From Catajapyx aquilonaris (taxonomy: Eukaryota), in the NCBI GenBank assembly GCA_000934665.2, contig KZ538474.1, forward strand, positions 1-64,000: a stretch of 64,000 nt of DNA. The letters are read 5' to 3'. A program made the translations under genes and the position numbers. The notes below the pieces were generated by a model, which did not search any database, had not been told where the DNA came from, and worked only from the letters and a program-made list of their open reading frames with translations. Each line of letters begins with the position of its first letter. Position 1 is the first letter of the stretch. Shown piece by piece: positions 34,023 through 47,700 of the stretch.

Positions 34023-37000
34023 CGGGTGATGAGACATGATCCACCGAACTGTGGATGAAGCGCCTGTATACATAAATTTGTTTGTAAAATATATATAGCA
34101 TAAATTATGTGCCTTCCAGTTGCTAATGACAGTATATTCCCCCCCCNCCCCCCCCCTTGCTATGTAATATTATCATGTGAAAGGTAAAAAATATATATAT
34201 ATCATGTCTGATGGGGGACAGATAGCAGGCGAAGATGACAAACATAATGTAATGCTATACAATCATGTAATCTTATTATATGGGTCCCTGTGGATGAGGG
34301 CAAATTTCCTGACCCCAGAATTGACACGGTTGGATTACAGGGGTAGAACCAAAAGAGAAGGCCTTGAGACACAGTTCCGCTTGTTGCATTGAAATAGGGG
34401 TAGAGAGGGGCGTGGGAGTGGAGGGGGTAGGTGGGGTGTTGCCAAGGCCTTTCCGCTGTTTTGCAACGGCGCTTTTTTGCCATTTGCTGCCTCTGTTTTG
34501 CCTCACATACCGTGCAATATGAATGGAGAGGGGGATAGGGGGGACTGGAAATTTTGCCACTCGGACCAGGACGACGGATCGTTATCATGGTTTAGTTTGC
34601 ATCAAACTAAAAATAAAATAAGAAAAAAAAGGAAAAAAAGATAATCAGTTTTCATCTTTATTATTATTACTGGCATATCGACGTTTGTGTTTTTTACTCA
34701 TGTTTCTCCAACTTGAGTTCTTCTCCTTTTTTTCATTTATACCACCTTCCATTGTGTGTGGGCGTGCCTCTTCAGTGTTACCGCGCCAACAATGAACTGC
34801 CACCATGTTTGGGCATTGTTATGGCCGAAATGTAATCCGCGAACTGTGCTCGCTAAAACATTTCCACACAAATGAAATCATGGTAATAATAATTAAAAAT
34901 GGATGCAAAAGTGTGTATGGCTTAGTTGTACTGTACCTGTTGGCAGTTTTTTTTGGAAGGTTGAATACATTTTTTAGTGTTTTTTTCCAACAAAAAAACG
35001 AGGTTTTTTTTCCACCTGTGTCAGGGGAGTGCCCAAGCGAACATCCTTGAACCCTCTCCTGACCCACTTCCATCCTCCCGTCCAAATCCTGAAGAATTAC
35101 TCCGCTAAGCCGAGTGACCACAGAAGTCCCTTCTACCATCAAGGGAGGGGGAGAACAACAGGACTTTTTTTTTTTCCTCCTCTTTTTTCTTTCCCTCAGG
35201 ATAGGAGGGGGGGAGGTCTGGGAAGAAAGCTGATGAGTCTCCAAGATGGCGCCATGGAGTNNNNNNNNNNCCCCCCCCCCCCCCCCCTACCCGCACCGGT
35301 GGGAGCGCATTACAGGTAAGGTCTCGGTATGGAGAAAGTGAAAAACGCTTTCCCCAAGGAAAAGATGTAGGCTAAGGTGTTAGTGGCGCCTGCGTCGGGG
35401 CGGCGCCAGTAGGGGCCTGGAGGCCCGCTCTTTTCCTGTCTTGACGTCACAGGGAGGGGGTACTCGCTCCGGAGTTTATTTCCGGGCCGACCTTACTAAG
35501 GACGGCTTCGGCCGGGGTCCAGCCCCCATGCTGTATTTTTAGATGGATGAGGAAGGGGCTTTCCAGAGCTTTCGTAGCAAGCGTTCACCTAACAGAATTA
35601 CCTGCTGAAGTCAAAATGGTGTAAAAGGCCATGACCTATACGCTTAGTGTTGGGTGAATGGAGGTATGGTCCTTGTGACGTGATTTTCATCTCACCCCTT
35701 TTTACCTGATATGCCGTGAATGGATCATGCGTGGCCAGGAGAGATTGGGCCGGCCTAAATTGCGTTTCTCGGAAATGAGGGCCACGCTTGGAAAAGCACG
35801 AACTGGACCATTCACGGACTGGTACCAAAGGCCTCTGCGGAACACTTTTTTTTGTCGAATCTCCTCCCTTCGAAATTGTCTACGGTGCATCTTTACATTG
35901 TTTCATGTGTGGTGCACGTGTAACAATGCCTGATACTAGTCGAGTGTCGATGATAATTTATAACGTCAGAAAGGGGAGGGGGGAGGGGGAGGTTGAATAA
36001 TAGATTATCCTGTCAGTTGTATCATATGGCCATGTGACAGTACTTCATATGACTTTTTATCGGGATGTTTTAAAAAAATATATGGATTTTAAAAACATTG
36101 CTCGAACCGACCTCTTGACCTTTGTCGGGACGGTTTTCAACATCGCGCGGTATGTTTCATTTCTGGGTCCTCTGAACCGGCTGAGTTTATCAAAGCAAAA
36201 ATAGTACGTGGGTGGGATAGGACTAGTTGCAATGAACCGCTACTGGACTCGATTAGATTAGTTTCAAGGCTATTTCACTACATGCTGGATAGTCTCGTAG
36301 TGCACGGTTGGGCAAAGTTTGCGAATTGCATATACGGAAGAGACTCTTATAATGTAATCTGAGACCTTTGATAGACTGAGCGATACTTACTGTACCACTA
36401 TTGTGGAAGTGGATCTTGTCAAGGTGAAAGTGAACGTAGAGAGCCCCAGGCAATTATTTTACGGAGAGTCCGTCATGGCGGAAAAAAAAGCCCCGCGAGG
36501 GGTCACCTCGGTCCAAGGTCACCGTGGCTTCTGTCATAGAAATATTTCCTTTTGTGGCTCTTCAGATAATGTTAGCTGTAAATTAATTTATCACGCACAC
36601 GGACCTACAATATATTAAAGGATATAACTGTCTGTTATTGGCGGGTTTTTTTTTTTTTTAAGAATCACGCTCTATTTTGCAAACTTTTTTTTTTGTACAC
36701 ACTGGGCCACTCTTCCTACCTTGGATGATAGCCCCTTTTTTGTTCCAAATAAACAGAACCAGTTGTCGACGAATATAGGTCTGGGCATGAATGGAGCAAC
36801 AGGTGTGCTATTACTCGGCATATTCAGAAGCTGTTTATTGCCAGGGTGTGTATAATCACATGATCGTGATAAAAAAGTTAAAAAATATTGTTGAAAAAAA
36901 TACTTGTTATAAAAAATAGTAGTTTGTACCACTTGGGTTCCCACGGAATCGACGTATTCTGAATACTGCTCTTGCTTCACCTGCGGGAAGAAAATAAGAC

Positions 37001-40000
37001 AAAAATAATAATGATGAAAATAAAAATTCAGAAAAAAATAGAAATAAGGATAAATAAAAACTGGCAAGGAAACAATAAACAGATTGTTGACAATTCCGGA
37101 AAGTTTCTCCAATATGCTAATACAGTATGATGACAATGCAGTCAGTAACGGACCTAATACCGCCAAAAATGAAACTTTGCTTATAAACAGGCACTATTCA
37201 AGTATGAACAAAACGTGATAATCGGCTTTCCCCCAGCCTAGCGACTTCCGTGACGGTACGTGACCAGGTGAAGGAGGCGGAATAAAGGCCCGCGTGACGT
37301 CCTGGGCCCAGTGGCATCACCTTCACCCAAAGGCAGGCGACCATGACCAGTAACATCAACAAAGCACAATCAAAGCCCGACTCTGCATCCAATCGGTGGG
37401 GTACGTCCCCGTACGACCTCTATGTAGTACGTGAACTTTGCTTGGCCCTCCCGCAATAAAGCCGCGGTTACGTTCCGACACGCGTGTTGTGTGTACAAAG
37501 GTTTGTAAAATCAACTCCACCTATATGCCGCAGTCGACACCGTCGTTAAATTCCCTCCGTCTTGCAATTGTCGAATTCTTTTCCTTTCAAAGCGTGGCCT
37601 TGTTTTGCGCTATAAAAATAAGCCTGTGAATAATCAGTTTGGTCCAGGCGCCACTCACTTGTGCTGAGGCAGAGCTTGCAATGGGCACGTACGTGCCTCC
37701 ATCTTTATGTACCACTCCGGTGCGGTGCGTTCGGTATTGTTCTATCGGAGACCTTGGTATAGGATATGGCCAGAATGGATTACAACCATCCCCCTGTGGC
37801 GCACGTGACTAAGAGGATTATGAAGGGGGATTATCCCCCGATGACAATGAATTTCAGATCGGCGTTTAATTCGGTGCCAACAACAATGTCAATGGCCGGC
37901 AAGGCCACCCATTTGGGGGCTTTTTTCATGGCTATCAACAAGTGACGGCTGGCTATCTCTATTAACTAATTGTACGTAGTGACGTACGCGGAATAAATTG
38001 GTGGCATCTGATAATATTACACCCACCCCGCCACCCGACTTGTATGTGCGATCAGGCTGGTCAAATATTGTGACAGGGTCCAACCCTGTTTGTTGCAGCG
38101 CTTCCAGCCAGAAAAACATTCTTTGATAGCCCCATGTGACTGATGACACCCGGGCTTTCCTGCAATGGAGACTTTGTCCAACCAAACTACATTTTAACAT
38201 ACACTACAGGGCAAAATGTCACTCCGACTCAATTAGTTTGCCCTCCGAGCTGCACTTGGGTGATAGCAATGTCCACACTGCTATCTCTGGCTATGGATGG
38301 ATGGGGTGGGTGGGTAGTCAGTCAGATAATGTTGTCTGGTGATAGTTCAAGTTGCACTAGTGTGTTTGTCGTGCTTAGTGGCCTCCCTCCCAGGATGCAA
38401 GAATGTCACCCAAGGACTTTTCTTCCCGCTTGACATTGATCACGTTCCGAAATCCACATGTACCCATGGTTCCAATTATTCCAAATACAATGGGGGTCCC
38501 AAATATGCAGAAATAGATATGACGTGCCACATTACGCCACCCTATACATTCGGTACGACATGAATAACAGAGGCCTTTCTGTATACCAACCTTGCATGTT
38601 ATCATTATTACGCTCTAGAATAAAACCAACCCCCCAACGGAAGTGAATTCCCGGTAACAACACTGTAACATGGTTCTGGAAATTTCCTGCATCTTGTCGG
38701 CTCCCCCCAAATTCTAAGAGGATCGAAGTAGGGCTTTCCTGGCAGGGTCAGTGTTCAACTATTCGCTTCCTACCTACCCTCCACGGGTGGAAATGAGATC
38801 CCCTTCCACTTCCAATCTCCTCTGGCAGCCCGCTCACTACCCCCCAACTATCATTCCACATTTCCTGTGCTTGCCTGCCCTCCAAATCAGACCCAGGACA
38901 CATCATATTATTCCCTTTGTCTCTATTCCGTTCCATCATGCACACGTTCCATAACAGTACGCATGGCACGCAACGCAAATATAACAGGAGTGGAACTCGC
39001 AGCTTTCAAATGCTCCGTTTTTGTTTTTTTGTTTTTTTGTTTTTCAGGGCGCAATCTGCAATGAACATTTCCATTTTAGAGCCAACTACTTTCTGATCCA
39101 CAAAATGTTGGGGCGGGATAACAACTTAATTTACGATTAAAGCCCTGGGGACAACACTTTCCGCCAACCTTCTTAATATGGACGCGGATCACTATCGGCA
39201 AGTCAGCATGTGACCTATAAAGTAATGGCGAGCAATTGGGAAGTCAGGAGAGGAATGAGGTCGAAAGCGAAATGGTCGCATTACAAAAGCATCCCATTTG
39301 TTTGGGTGGAACAATAAGACAGTGAACCAGTGACCTACACCCGGCACTCAGGTGCAAAGACTCATTATCATTCTCCATCTTTTGCGATTTTTATGGACCT
39401 CATCGTTGAATGAACTACTTTTTCTTTACACCTCGGTCCCAAATCTGCACTGGTACTCTATGGCTTTACACACCTACAGTATCAAATCGAGATCATTAAC
39501 AGGATATAATCATAAACTAGCTGATTACTTTGTAACACAAGTGTGTAACAACAATGTGACACCGTGACCCTTTATATAGTCGAGTGAAAGTGAACAAATC
39601 CGAACAGAAATATTTCATAATGGTACCTTATGAGTATGTGGGTTGCAATCAGTAGACAATTACATTTACAACAGGTCACCGCCTCTTTGAATTATGCAGT
39701 ACCCTATTATAGGTACACCAGCTCTCGGATAACTACTGTGCATTCGAGTCAAGCCGTTTGTAAGTAATCTCCATTCTATTTACATTAAGGAGGGTCATGC
39801 ATGCATCAGTTCGATAACATTATCCTCCCAGTATGTCCTTCTCTCTCACCTTGCGTAATCATCATTACTCCAGCAGATTATTTATTTCAGATTCCCTTTT
39901 CATCTCAGTCATACACACGCAAACTAGATCCCTTTCCTGTTACACATACACTACAAATAAAGGTATCACATGCACCGGAATCAAAACATGCGCTCTATAG

Positions 40001-43000
40001 TGTCTGACCCGCAAGTTGTCCGGTAAGACTCGGGCTATTGAAGTTCAAGGTGCATAGATCAGCTATGCCAGTCACGAACCAAGTGAAAGCATTGTGATGC
40101 CCATTCCGCTCAGAATGCCAATCGCGTCTAAATCCGGCCAACTCTTTTTGCTATCATGCCGATGATAATAATAATGCCAGCATGACCACGGACCACTCAC
40201 GCTTCATTATCCAAACGTCACTATATACTACACCCAACCGGTGACAACTTTCATTTTCAAGTAAGGGGACATCCCATACTTATTTGACTATCCTAGAATG
40301 ACACACAATCGGCATGATATTAGAATACCGGAAGGGTCGAACCGAGATTGACTTTCCACAGATTTCACGGACTGTCCCGTTGTGGCCGAAAAAGTACGGG
40401 ATCCTAATCGGACGGCTTGGTATATCAAAATCTGGAAGCGCAGTGCCTGGGAAACAAGAAAAAGGGGAAATCTAGGCTGGGAGGTGTTAACGGTAACGCT
40501 GCAACCTAACCAGGAGAAAGTTCTTCTCCGATCTATGCACTTCCAACCTGACGATCATGCTCTTTTGTGGGGATCCTTCCGCATACTGCACTTTACATAC
40601 GGAATTTTTTGAGGGATTTTCTCTCGAGTAAAATTTCCGGAACGTATATTCGGTATGTTAAGACGCAAAACCGGCTGAGGGTTACTGACACGGCCATCAT
40701 TTCGAGGTCAACCAGGATCGATATTCATGAGTGTATCGATCGACACAAACCGCTGTCGTTCACTATATGTAAATTCATTTCGAGGTCGCAGTTTTCTTCA
40801 CACAATGGGGGCGTGTAACGACGGATCTATTTGCAGTAACGTAATCAGCCATGACGGGACGTTAGACAATGGTCAAGACGTATTCACGAGCTGTCAAAAA
40901 GTTGACGAAACTTGACTTTCTTAATAGGTGTCGCCAGGACAAATGAGGGATAAATATTCCAATATGCAGTATTCTCACACACTTAAAAATTTCGGGTGAT
41001 GTAAAAAAATATGACTATAGCCATTTCCTATTCGAGACGCGACTCAATCGTAAACACAGCTCCGTAATGTAAGGGGAAGTCCTAAATACGTTTTTTATGA
41101 GCCCGGAAGAAGCTATTTGAAAGCGTTTTTTTGTCACACTACCCTGTCGTTGTAAAAGCTGTACACGTTTTACGACAGGGACGCCATCATTTTCGCTTTA
41201 GGCTTACTTCACAATACGTTGATTTATTTACCATTTTTCCAACCCTTCGCCAGCATGGTTCTCAGCCATATATGTGGGGATCCCTGAGACTTGAATGGAA
41301 ATCAGTTGTGGTTACGTGATCGCTTCAAACTAGCCTTCCTCATGCGGCACGGCAGCACCATATATATAAAAAAATACATGGGGAGGACGGAAGACACCCC
41401 AATTATTTGGATTACAAAAAATACCCTTGGCGTGTCCGTCATGCTCCAGCTCTGTGCTTGTTCCTGGCGTGTCGAAGGAGAAATGGGTCACAGACGGGGA
41501 GAGTATCTCGTTTTTTTTGTACTGTACAGTCTTTCTTTTTTACACGGGAACTGGGTAAGCATCTATACGGAGGATTACTCTTGCTTGAAAAAAAAAAAAC
41601 ACCTTTCGCCTGCAGCTGTGCCGCACTACATTACACACAAGTTAGCACCTTCTGGCGGCCAAAATAAGAAAATTTATTTCTCCTTCACGAGCAGTATAAT
41701 TAGGTACAGCATAATAGTCCGTAACGCGTATGAAGACATCATAGTCCGATACTGAATAAACCATTCGCACACATGCAGCTCTAACACGATTTGCAAGTCC
41801 AACCAGGCAGGAAATGACGACATGGCTATAATCTGGGCACCCTCCGATGAAGGCGAATCTCAATTGTTGCTGGGACACGAAAAGAAAAAGAGCGCCGCCA
41901 CTTTCTCCCCAGAGGCAATGTTGAGTATGCAAATTAGGTTGTAATACTCTAAGAGATGAGGGGAGGGGGGGGGGGCAAAACAGGTACACATGGGGAGAAG
42001 AATTTTTCACTAAACATTTTTAGAGAAGGAAGATAGTGCATGGAAGCAGCAGAAGACGCTCACCTGGATGCTGCTGGCTGTTTCAGCCGTTCTATTTCGA
42101 GAGAGGTGACCGGGTGAACGGGGGTTAAAATACTCTGCGCACTAATATCACTGCCAAACGGCAACTATTTGAGGAAGCTGCGAAAGCCTGCAGGAGGCAG
42201 GATCCGCACAGCCATTTTTTAATGTTATTGTTGGAACCGATAGGTGCGACATGTAGTTTGATGGGAGGATACTGAATTGTTGAGATTGTAAAACACGCCC
42301 TTGTCGAGACAATAGGTAGTGTAAGTTGTGGAGTTTTTTTTATGGGCGTCGTGACACTTAGTTGCCTCATTATAGACACGTCATTCATCATTCCAACCGA
42401 CCCTCGGCTTATTCCAGGTGCGATTTTTACATCGGAGTCGCCCAATTACGTAATCAATGGCCATCATCACCTGGCCGCACTTGACCCTTGCTTAAGTTCA
42501 AGGATTTCGCTCTGACTCTTCCTCCCGCCTTGACCTATACAATATATCGGCACTAGTTGAGTGCCCGTAGACAGCATTTAAAAAAATCTTCCGCTTTCTC
42601 TGCAGAAAGTTGCTTCTTTCTACGTGTCCGGTTTCCAGTTGTCAAAATGCCGCCGCAATGTCCGACGCACGTACCTGCGCATTCCCCAAGCCACATGTCA
42701 AGATGGTCATCTGAAGACAACGCTGTAAGGAAGTAGAGCGCTCCTTATTTGCCAAGCAGGTACTCAGTCATCTAAATGACTGGGCAAGGCAGTTGGTGTT
42801 ACAATCTATGGACACGTGGAGGTCGGCCAAGAACGTCGTCGCCTACTGACCATTTTAATATCATCAGGCATGCACTTGTATTAGGCCTACTGTACAGCAC
42901 CAGCTCGTGTGCATGTCATCATCAGAAGCAATGTCAACTCCACGTGGCTACTCCGAGCTTCTTTCTCCCGAGCTTTTGAAGCGAATGACCAGAAGACCGC

Positions 43001-43376
43001 TGTTCCATTATACAATGGCCTATTGTGTCCGCACCAAAAGACGAGCTGTAACCTATTTTGTGGAACTAATTGGAGCGGTGTCGCATAACTCGAGCAGATT
43101 CTGACCTAGTTATCTGTCGGAAAGCGAAATTCGGACCGAATTTCCGCGGTATCGCCCTGACAGTATACAACGCCCTGTTGTACATAGCATGGTCATAAGT
43201 CTTGAGACCCAGTTGGTTGTTCACCTCGACGAATGGTCCGCTTCCCATTAATTCGCATACTAGATGTTTTCTTTTCTGGCTGCGTCCCGAAGGCCAGCAA
43301 CTACTCCTGCTGGAACAAAAGGCTGGAAGATCATGGGAACCAGTCCCTAGTGTTGCAGATAGACGGTCCACGAGTA

Positions 43377-43417
<41 letters not shown>
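43377..43417 (+). repeat. Compound (TG)n(AG)n microsatellite
   Basis: Directly visible. Confidence 0.92.
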
Positions 43418-43419
<2 letters not shown>

Positions 43420-44009
43420 GAGGACTCGGACGTACTTGACAAGACGTGTTTCACCGTTGGTTTGCCTTGAGTTGAGTCAACCAATTGGGCTCAAGGATCC
43501 TCCTTCTTCTCTTCTTCCTTGGACAGGAAGGTTGTGTGCTGTGTTCTTTCGGCTTGTTGCTTCACTGCACTGGAGCCGATTATAATTCTCTCTCTCCCAG
43601 GACCAAAAAGTCATGAAATATGTGAAGTGTACGTTGGGCAAAGAACCAACCTGGCACACACTCTTAATGAAGGTCCAACATCCTGCCAGTGCAATCGTCC
43701 AACATAGTTGCACTCTTGCAAGTGCCGGCCGTAGTTCACCAAGTCGTAAGGACACTACCATGTCAGTAGAGGTGACTGCTTCAGGCACTACTTCCAACTT
43801 AACTGGGCAGGATTTTTCTAGCGTTCATCACAGATGGGCCAAATGCTTCCTAAGATAGTTCTGTAGTCTCAAACAAATGAATCATGAATCCATAAGTAGT
43901 CCTACACAATATGCCCATTGTTACTACAAAACATCATCCCACTACGGACTTAGATATTAGTTTGCAAGACTCTAATCTTAGTACTTGTTATGTCTCACCC
44001 AATGTAATA

Positions 44010-44255
44010 CAGGGTGATCAAACTTTTTTGTCGTTTTAGTTATTGACAAATTCGGCCTAAGCTGCTTATGTTGTAGCGCGTTACCTGGCAACTCCGGGCA
44101 ACTGTTGGGAAACAGTGGCAACAATGGAAGCACTCTCCACATGCTCGTGTTTGAATTGGCCCGTCGGACGGAGTTGCCAGGTAACGCGCTACAATATAAG
44201 CAGCTTAGGCCGAATTTGTCAATAACTAAAACGACAAAAAAGTTTGATCACCCTG
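44010..44255. mobile_element. Tc1/mariner-type MITE with 87-bp TIRs and TA TSD
   Basis: TA|CAGGGTGATCAAAC... arm 44010-44096 and its inverse 44169-44255|TA. One mismatch, 72-bp spacer. Confidence 0.9.
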
Positions 44256-44707
44256 TATAGTAACATCCTTCCTGGGGCTAGAGTACACTACAGCTCTGCA
44301 TATTCAGGCTTCATCGAAATGCTGCGAATGAACCATGAATCAGCATTGGGCATGCATCCTACATAATCTTTCTTGCCTCTGGGTTCAACATGGGTGTCAA
44401 CAGTGTGGGTGCATACGTGCGAGGGTGTACGTCTGCCGAGGAAGCCATGACGCCAGAAGCGTCCAAATATATTTAAAAAATCGCGCTCATGTCGGTTGGC
44501 ACGTATTGGAGAGGAAATTCCCGGAAGAAGACAATTTCGGTCCGCAGGGCGCGACAAAAATTCAGCCGGCAAGTGTCCAAAAGAGAGTTGGCGCTAGTGC
44601 GGCGCCACCATGGGAACAAAGAGCGCCATGTAGGATGGGGGAAAAGAGGAACTGAAAAGCTGGGGCTGGCTTAAAGGCGGGTATAGTTTCTCTTCTGCTG
44701 TTGATGA

Positions 44708-44736
44708 TCTCTCTCTCTCTCTCTCCCTCTCTCTCT
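44708..44736 (+). repeat. (CT)n microsatellite / GAGA-type tract
   Basis: Directly visible, one interruption. Confidence 0.85.
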
Positions 44737-47700
44737 AGCTGGCTGGCGGTGGTCCAAAAGCACCAGCAGCAGCGTCAGGAGTGTCGAAGAGAGGAGGTAT
44801 AGTGGAGAGGAAATGGGCCGCTGCCAAACTGCCAATGGACTCTGCGGGTTGGCTTCCATTTAATTCTCCCCCAAGGACAATCCGAGCTGTCCAGAGGACG
44901 AAATTCAAGGGGAAGGATTGATCACGTTGCAAACTGAGGACCCTTTTCTACATAACACACTCCAGCACTCCCTATGCTAATTAGGATTCCACCCAGCAGG
45001 AATAATGCAGCGATTACGGAGAAAGTGGATACAGCTTCCCATACATACACACACATGTCCCCCCCCCCCCATACCTACAAGACTTGTGCATTACACATGA
45101 GGCTAAATCATGCAGCCAGCAGCGTTTGTGTGCATTGTAGTCGTCCCATTCAATACAATGAGGCAGGAAGGTCAGATGGGGGACAAGTACAGATAGGCAC
45201 AAGTATATACAAGTTTCGTATGCTGGTTTGGCAGAAGCTCAAAGTGCAGCTGTATTCTTAGACGGGTGTGAAACGCATTTCCGTACTTTCCACTCTGGAT
45301 GTGTTAGGTCCAGGCTGGCTTTACACCTCTGGATGTATACCTCATGTATACCTCCTCCAGATTTGGAATTAGGCCAAAGGGGAAAGCCATATCTGGGCGA
45401 TGGCTCCCAGGAAGGAAGTAACATCCCACTTGTAGTACCACCCAGAGTGTGTGTGCTGGTGTGAAGCTGGGGAAGTCCTACTGAAGTCATCTCTGGTGGG
45501 AAGTTGTACCTGAAGGCCGCTGCCAACGACCTCCTCTCTCCTTCACCTTGCCCATTGACCTACTGACCAACTTCGGAGGGGGGTGGAGGGGGAGGAGAAA
45601 ATTCCGGCAACGCCGTTTTGTTTCCGTGACCAACATCTCTCCTCCTTTTTCCTTTCGTGGGCGCTCCCTCAGGCTCTCTTTCTTACAGATACCTACACAC
45701 ATCTCTTGGGTATGAGCGAGAGTAATGTGCCAGGTTGCTGGGATGGGAGGGGAGAAAAACATGTGGTGCGTTTCTATCGCTCCTGTGCATGTCGGAGACG
45801 TCCGGTGTAACAAAGCGCTATGATATCCTGTTCGAACACAATCGGAATAAAAACAACGTATTTCTGCCAACTGTTTCGCTGATATCGGGATGTGCTATTG
45901 TCACGCATTGTTCCCTCGTATGCTTTACGAGTGTGTCGGTCAGACCGACGCGAAGGAAAAATAAGCAAGAAACCGCCGGGCTAAATAAGAGAAAGCGTGT
46001 TAATGTAACCTCCGAAATATACGAGCGGGCAATATACGTGTGTGCCAAGGACTGAATCTATAAGGGCACTCGAAGCGTTGCACTCCGTAGCAACAACTCT
46101 TTCCATGACTAATCTTGGCAATCAATTGCTGATCACACATAAGCAAAACCTCCATTGGCCTTTTATTTTACCTGTGCTTTGCATCCGACAACTGTTTTAT
46201 TCCATGACTTCACAGCGCCGCACTTCATTATTTTCACTTTCAAGCTATTTGCCAAAGAATGGTGTTTTATGGTACTATTCTCCAATCCTTCAAATTGGTA
46301 GCCTTGTTCCCGTTTACAGTGCATTAACCGCAGCTCGGAAATTATCTTTATTTCGCTCCTCCGAGTGCAACATGCGCTTTTTTTTTAGCTTCGCTTGTTT
46401 GGCCATGAAACTGAAGAAAAACCGTGTCAGTTCTTGTCAAATAATCAGCGACCACGGACTGATGTCATCAGCAACAAGTTTAACTACTGTACACAAAGAT
46501 TATCATATTAGTAAGCATTTGTTCATAAATATATTACAAAGGCGAAAATGACTCGTGTAATAACTTGGAATGACGGAAAAGTTAGCTAAGTACTGAACAT
46601 GTTCTGTAACTCTGCCAGCTGCAGTAATCAGTTCAACTGCGTAAATGGTTTCCTTGAGCTTTCCTGTGAAATAATGCCCGAGTTCTTGCTGCACACCGGT
46701 TGGGAATTATCCCTATTGCGCATGTGGCCATTAATATTCCCTCCGCAATATATCTTTAAAAAAAACTGGGTAGTCGTATTTATAACATTTCCACAGAATT
46801 TCGTGACGTATTAGCGGAATTGTTTAATTATCTCTTTTACAGCCTCGAAAAACAAGTTGCCGGTAGCTCATCCTTGAATTGCAACCTGAAGCTTCTGATT
46901 CATTCTACAATCATCCTGCACGAAGTACACGTATGCTGAATCATAGGCATGAGTTTTTGATGGCCTTTTCCTCCACACATTTTTGAACTGTACTAAGAAT
47001 TACATTATTTTTTTCTCCTTCTTTACCGAGTAAACCGAAAGTACACACCAACAACAGCTTTCATTCCCGAGCAAGAAAGTGTTTGGGAAAAAGTTCTATA
47101 ATAGCAAAAATGTTCGCGTCAACCTCTTCGAACGCAAGGCCACTCCGTGTGACGGCTATGCAATGAAAAACACCGAAATCCTTGGTTGGATTAGTGAGAA
47201 TCACCTTCGACTAGGCTGCAAGTCATGGCTTTCTTTATAGTGTCGGTGAGATTTTTCGTGCTTCTTGCGCCGAAGAAAAACGGCGTCCATCACAGATAAA
47301 CATCAACGCAATCATACACATGCATATATACAATTTTTTATGGCCATTTTCCAAATTATCGGTCTTGAAGGTCACATTCCTGCAAACTTTGAATCAGTGA
47401 ACACGCCATATCGCAAGATTATTTTCATTCCGAGTTTATTTTATGACTATTTTTTTCGTTGGAATATATTGCAGGAACAATGACACCAACTTGTGCAACT
47501 GTAAATAGTTATATCTAATTACGCCATGATAAGTTTTTTTACACAGGAAGTTTGAATAAACAGAGGGGGAAAAAAAACTCCGGCTTATTTTGTATAATTA
47601 AGCTATATAAATCGCCTGGCCGCATCCCAACTATCCCACGTTAGAAATGCTTACAATGACCCGCTGCAAACTTGGCTTCTTGCCACTGCCTTCTTGATAT

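Noticed and set aside
36672..37166. 164-aa hydrophobic ORF (similarly 46042-46551)
   Set aside because: Composition-driven F/Y/L-rich translation of T-rich DNA with non-ATG starts; no homology.
45130..45165. GTGCATTGTAGTCG resembling the miR-33 5' end
   Set aside because: The match ends after 14 nt, the hairpin is too short for a pre-miRNA, and it is not in an SREBP intron.
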